DNA of 64,000 nucleotides from Thermoplasmatota archaeon (GTDB lineage Archaea; Thermoplasmatota; E2; DHVEG-1). The stretch spans positions 9,839 to 73,838 of the forward strand of contig JAFGML010000039.1 in NCBI GenBank assembly GCA_016927555.1, written 5' to 3'. The translations under genes and the position numbers were made by a program. Positions within the stretch are counted from its first letter, which is position 1; each line of letters begins with the position of its first letter. Of the stretch, positions 62,601 through 64,000 are shown one piece after another. The notes below the pieces were generated by a model. That model was not told the origin of the DNA, searched no databases, and worked only from the letters and a program-made list of their open reading frames with translations.

Positions 62601-64000
62601 GTATAGGTATGCCATCGTTGATTGACTGCATAGACATGGTTGTAGGCAAACTCAACGTCATCAACAGCGTTGATAAACACTCCATCTTCTCTGATGTTGG
62701 AGATTTCATTGCCAATGATTTTGATATTCACGATATCTCCGTACTCTGACCCTAGTATGCGTATGCCATTGAACGGGCCTTTTGCTGGATTATTTACCTC
62801 GGAGCCATGGATCTGAGAATGGTAAATGGTAATATTACTTGCTATGTGACTTCCACTCCAATAGTTATGGACATATAGATTCCCTGTGCGTGAATCTCCT
62901 TGAATGATCAAATCAGCAATGACAACGTTTGTTGAACCATCGATATTAATAGGGGTGTGGGTGTTAGGATCTCCTGGTTCTTCGAAATAGAGTAATTTTG
63001 GGCGGGGTAGCGATTCATTCCCATACGCCCCAATTAAAACGTGATCTATCCGCCGAGGCGAGATTTGATAGGTTACTGTAGTTTCAGTTCCTCTTCGTTG
63101 CAAATACGCAGTATTACTATCAAGCAGATACGCATCGCTATACTGGTCATACGTGCCAACGTCGTCCCAGGAATTGTAGGGGTTCTCTTGGCTACCGTCA
63201 CCACCATCAGGCTCATCTGGGTCTATGTAGAAAATAGCTCCATTCTGTGCATAGTAATCCAAGTTGTAATCTAATGGAGGCATACCGTTTGGCCCTGGAG
63301 GAGCAGAGCTGTTCTCAAATGTTGCTTCGACGGAAATTGGAAATGCAGGCATCGTTACATTGGTTGATGAGGAATATACATTGGAGACATACTCAATATC
63401 CCCTGCCCATTGTTCAAAGACGTATCCTGCTGGCGAGGCATCTGCGCTAATGGAAATAACAGTCCCTTCTTCATACGTACCGCTTCCTGAGCCGTTGATG
63501 ACTGTTAATTGGTAGGTTGGGGCTGGTGTGCCAACCGGCGTGTTCATATCTGTGAGAATCTCGCTTTGTGGTAATGCATAGTTGTAGACTCTCACCTCAT
63601 CGATGGCACCGTTGTAGTACTCACCCCAGCTCAGTGAGGCTCCGATGTAGAGGGGATCATTACTAGTGGTAATCGTACCGGTGAGTGCTGCACTGTTTTT
63701 GAGCACACCGTTGACGTAGACTTTTAGTGTTTGTCCATCGTAGGTGGTTGCAATATGCGACCATTGGTTCAAAGGTAAACCGGTTGAGTCGAAGATTTGA
63801 GTACCAGGGTTCAAACCACCACCCGGTGCATAGCTATATGATGAAGTGCTAGCGGCATACAAATAATATTTACCGGTAGGGTCTTTCAATACTGCTGGTT
63901 TCCAGCCTTGGATGTTGGTGGGTCGTACCCATGCTTCGAGGGTCATGCCTGTTGTGAGATCTAAGCTGACTGAGTCAGCAATAGAGACGTAGGAATTTGA
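50681..64000 (-). CDS. Giant membrane-anchored surface protein (>4439 aa, 5' end beyond the right edge): 2 LamG, 4 beta-helix modules, about 25 InlB-B-like repeats, 2 PKD, TM anchor
   Basis: Frame stays open from 63946 to 64000 (SNSYVSIADSVSLDLTTG-MTLEAW, mid-LamG); repeated YTL...GW.F.HWSGD...VTAHF units; PKD WDFGDG; C-terminal hydrophobic helix then RRKKHAS. Confidence 0.95.
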   Translation of the reverse strand, partial: SNSYVSIADSVSLDLTTGMTLEAWVRPTNIQGWKPAVLKDPTGKYYLYAASTSSYSYAPGGGLNPGTQIFDSTGLPLNQWSHIATTYDGQTLKVYVNGVLKNSAALTGTITTSNDPLYIGASLSWGEYYNGAIDEVRVYNYALPQSEILTDMNTPVGTPAPTYQLTVINGSGSGTYEEGTVISISADASPAGYVFEQWAGDIEYVSNVYSSSTNVTMPAFPISVEATFENSSAPPGPNGMPPLDYNLDYYAQNGAIFYIDPDEPDGGDGSQENPYNSWDDVGTYDQYSDAYLLDSNTAYLQRRGTETTVTYQISPRRIDHVLIGAYGNESLPRPKLLYFEEPGDPNTHTPINIDGSTNVVIADLIIQGDSRTGNLYVHNYWSGSHIASNITIYHSQIHGSEVNNPAKGPFNGIRILGSEYGDIVNIKIIGNEISNIREDGVFINAVDDVEFAYNHVYAVNQRWHTYTLDGGCGICPQLPGGDPYSCTGDNLQVNNYEGLHIHHNILDKTDTSNKFVVIVQATGPDPAQGLVFEYNSVSGPSTEGGGNAGLFAVCHYYGDMIIRYNQFFAPNNKSICIQTADANHPQYNHDQYYYVYGNTIEGGVDDNTEFSGWGNGFYYNNVFYNAAPGKRFITSANSNMELKNNIFMNQPGDNIIDINGGTTLTASHNLYLNTHSDTTLSGETNSQIGNPNFVDITSGDFHIQSPSPAIDNGTDVGILFDIDGDTIPQGYGYDIGPDEYNGSAPISYNLTVENGNGDGSYLPGTIVFISADPAPSGYLFNQWTGDTQYIDDPSSADTFVTMPAQNLIVTATYEQLGTAGIIYIDPTNVNDPDENGSPQHPYDSWTDVTIQSNTIYLMKRGTFEALSYFISVVNKVNVTIATYGTGDRPHLTQNVDNSCVFRFENSQHIEISGYKLEMPTGAGYGPLYITATGTGTTSYIYVRDCEIIGGWMGIDAEVYPTQPNAAASHLYIEDCDIHHQSDSGIFCKSNYEVLWDVVEIRGCYIHDVNQEWLNNPVIATGANCIHILRTDHFLVENNTLDKRGTGNKFTFISGGTASSTLKATLGIVRYNTMYPPSYFPTVCPEASSNLIYVNGDIERFEFYGNTAINRGHPQTVTLTNGQQVPVTDEVAIGQINSENDHTIISYNIFDNFGYVAMNGPSLKEVNNNLFRYKQFGDRYYLMSAGNLPTYLRNNIFLMPQGTFLVMNSAGVQMQNNIELYSDDPQVFEDYCRFANLFHPDVPDYHLTADSLNAIDQGIEYPEALDNDLDGVPVPQGDARDIGPYEYSGGTGNENIVYIDPTNQNDPLEDGSLAHPYDSWTDVSFQDNTTYLQKRGTTCDLGSSNLHLSDRYGVTLDAYGTGDRPILQSSSGDKLIGGGHIQYLSVKNLHLIATSTLDDTMTGIIKITWMADPLLPSGHIHIENCEIHGLLLPSDDNGNVRATAFNGIRMLPSDQNPAGYSDLSVLNCDIYNTDDDGIFMIDVQNVEIGGCYIHHVNQEWEAPWTYQDYSSGDCVHMIGLCDGFHVHNNTFDRRDTANKFCFIYGTAGNVNQGATGIVERNTMYPPFDDIDPPGEPSDGCAVIYISPGSNIIIRYNRFYNDQPDDLVGGVGQMFGGLEVYYNTFDNFPDGIAFMYPTRVICTNNVFNMRLCDRQWYGLFCFGSQPLQPGERSVISNNIFNYPPGRTFPVILRTPESCDVGHNLFAYDFPNRIEQGGTPHYPLDANDFIGDPEFIDNDFHISTTSAAIGNGLYIPEIEIDGVIMDFDGDIVGSNGPIEIGVDEVDVSTPSIYTISIATDGQGSVLINPDLPQYPSGTSVELTAVAAPGWQFNHWSGDLSGSTNPDTIIMDSNKTITAHFTLQQYTLIVVIHGSGTVTKNPDYSTYVYGDVVQLTATADPGWIFNHWGGNTSGTANPTSITMTCNKVVIANFTQITYVLTVNSGTGSGSYAQGTVVSIVANAPPAGQIFDQWTGTGAPYVANVNAASTTVTMPATNIAVTATYTDLPPPPSGVVLYYNFNEASGNTVIDQSGNGFNGIINGNALRVEGVSGGAISFDGIDDYIEASGLNQFEVKSIAFWANVGPIVNSNDHQPIVRFLTDARDGNMMIGDCSNYIGDETISVLSGDPAPYYRTFTRSTFDAGWHHIAARFNEGTGNYQIFVDGQLQPMFNAGSGGALFIEQVSDLFLGKIANYYLDGVLDEFSLYDVSLTDAQILNLSQNTQEQYTLSISIDGAGSVIVSPDQPTYHSGDVVELTAIPDSSWAFSHWSGDLGGTTNPEQITITSNTTITAHFMNTPTYQLTVINGTGSGTYSQGAIVSIAADSAPAGQIFSLWSGDIQYLDDPSAAETTVTMPAQNIQVTATYQTATTYLLTVNSGSGSGNYVQGTIVTIVANTPPAGYTFDTWTGDIQHLDDPTSASTFATMPADDVSVTATYTQGTGDQYELIVNDGTGSGFYYDGDLVTITANPAPAGTVFDQWTALYAMEDIIEPNLPQTTITINPLHANDDDQIIIGVYYFDPTQPQGQTIYIDPENGNDPEEDGSFAHPFDTWADITSYQDGYTYLQKRGTTCSISHRIVLNYKKYITFGAYGTGDRPLITSSHSEGIISGSASRYITVRDLHLNSTNKGTGGLFFTRHWYSNIRCEHLLFENCEIDGFYNGVRIIHAFANLISVDIKVLNCTIHDIAEDGIYIQHTNNVEVGYCNIYRVNLDFFVSPTNAIAPGDSIQLAGRHSDFLIHHNILDRSFTGCKFCFISNTGGVPYFTTGIFEHNYCVSPRSDGEGGAVLYLQHGSEITVRYNILTANTSTGDLGLPGICAYKDTNYVYGNILYDLPGGISVAMNKNGYIYNNVFANINEDDIFLNGPQIARVKNNIFYYGPGKTEPSIYNNYAVDLEVDHNLFNYLYSGQGYIGTEYIVGDPLFVDPSTHDYHLIAGSPAIDNGTIIQIITEDIDGDAVPQGAGPDIGVDEVVGSTPTYYILSIAADPVQGGTTTPAVGSHTYLQGTIVSLSATPFAGYSFDHWTGDVTHPTAASTTITMDGNETVTAHFTQNQYTLTTTVNPVGAGTITKNPNQATYTYGQIVQLTANVDPGWEFDHWSGDLSGSANPTSLMITGNMAVTAHFTQNQYTLTTTVNPAGAGTITKNPNQATYTYGQVVTLTANAATGWHFDHWSGDITGTTNPNTITINGNKAVTAHFTLNGPYTLTITTSGTGSGTVDKNNSGPYYYGAKVTLWANASVGSTFTGWNGALTGTVTPQTLTITGNTNVNAEFTLTQYYLNITIQGQGTVSKNPNYTTYTYGQVVQLTATPALHWQFNHWGGNLTGSTNPTSITMTCDKVVIANFTENHYTLSTSIQPSGGGIITKDPNQTTYIYGQTVELTAVANAGWTFDHWSGDLTGTTNPNTIIINGNMQVTAHFTQDQYTLTINILGFGTVTKTPDQPTYTYGQLVRLTATPATGWHFHHWSGDVVSSQNPIIIRMNGSKVVTANFTQDTGYTLDITIQGSGSVLKDPDYTTYTYGQEVTLTAVPATGWSFDHWSGDLTGSTNPDTITIVHNITVTANFTQIPTYHLTVINGTGSGSYTQGTTINITANTPPAGYIFYTWTGDIQHLDDPSLASTFVTMPADDITVSATYTAIQYTLTINTNGQGTVTKDPDQATYLYGQEVTLTANGATGWHFDHWSGNITGTNNPTTIIMDCNKIVNAHFIQNQYTLTTPVDPAGAGTITKNPNQATYTYGQIVQITANENPGWSFNHWSGDLSGSANPSSLTITGNMALTAHFTQNQYTIRITVDPAGAGTITKYPNQPTYTYGQDVQLTATSMTGWHFDHWSGDLSGSANPTTITMNGNKAVTAHFSLNGPYTLAITTSGTGLGTVDKNNSGPYYYGAKVKFWANASVGSTFTGWSGALSGTVTPQTLTITGNSVVDAEFTINQYTLTILAQGSGTVAKNPDQSTYVYGDTVQLTASPDQGWSFDHWSGDVSGSTNPTTITMTSNKVVTAHFTQNEYTLSITVIGTGIVTKNPNQPAYYYGDVVELTATPVNGWSFDHWEGDHTGNTNPDTITITDDMTIIANFTENEFTLSISQTGSGTVTKNPERITYTNGTLVTLTAIPNSGWSFASWIGTNNNNINPTTINMTEDKTVTVTFIQDSGAPPGNNPPPANDPPTANASAGEPYQGIIGQPILFNGSYSSDDGTIVLYTWDFGDGTTGTGKTITHSYLTAGVFTVTLTVKDNNGATDTDTTTATITTTANQPPQAPRIQGPYNGTTNTLYTFFVTASDMDDDDLQYTIHWGDGSPTTITDFHENNTSAPVTHSWTAPGIYSITITASDNHSNSTAIGRTMLIDVLLVGALGYLTDDDDDTVYDTFHHTTDNLSTAVNLEEGWYLLDVDGDATWDYRFNAETGQLQAYSTAEPQATLALLPVLLTILAVITISILLAILIIVRRKKHAS
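51590..55090 (-). repeat. Tandem array of 16 InlB-B-like (about 73 aa) repeats forming a stalk
   Basis: Counted in the translation; units 2-4 and 11-13 are a duplicated block 1968 bp apart. Confidence 0.85.

Noticed and set aside
50681-64000. Diversity-generating retroelement or invertible cassettes acting on the giant gene
   Set aside because: No reverse transcriptase or recombinase in the window, and the repeat differences inspected are not adenine-specific.
1-64000. tRNA, rRNA, IS elements, provirus
   Set aside because: No cloverleaf or T-loop signatures in the intergenic gaps read by eye, and no transposase, integrase or viral ORFs.

Overview
Archaeal chromosomal segment, most consistent with Thermoplasmatota of the marine benthic group D / DHVEG-1 type. 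This placement is an inference from a membrane-anchored LonB, class I CCA enzyme, gingipain-like C25 protease, PdxS with the archaeal insertion and many PKD/beta-helix surface proteins. About 46 CDS; no rRNA, tRNA, CRISPR array, transposase or integrase was seen. Housekeeping genes: argS, cca, thpR, tatD, ychF, lonB, nadM, metVF, tdh, fbaB, trpY/trpB2, pdxST. Both ends cut large surface-protein genes; the right one is >4439 aa with four related beta-helix modules. Strongest leads: (1) an 11-kb isoprenoid-tailoring cluster with four UbiA prenyltransferases, a geranylgeranyl reductase, a CrtI-like flavoprotein and a CruF-like hydratase; (2) a tandem pair of ribbon-helix-helix/coiled-coil genes with nine GGTNNACC boxes in 400 bp, five inside the coding sequence; (3) phased TRP boxes between trpY and trpB2; (4) a probable non-canonical start for pdxT; (5) sharp G/C-skew flips that ignore gene orientation. 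All family calls come from motif recognition by eye; no database search was run.
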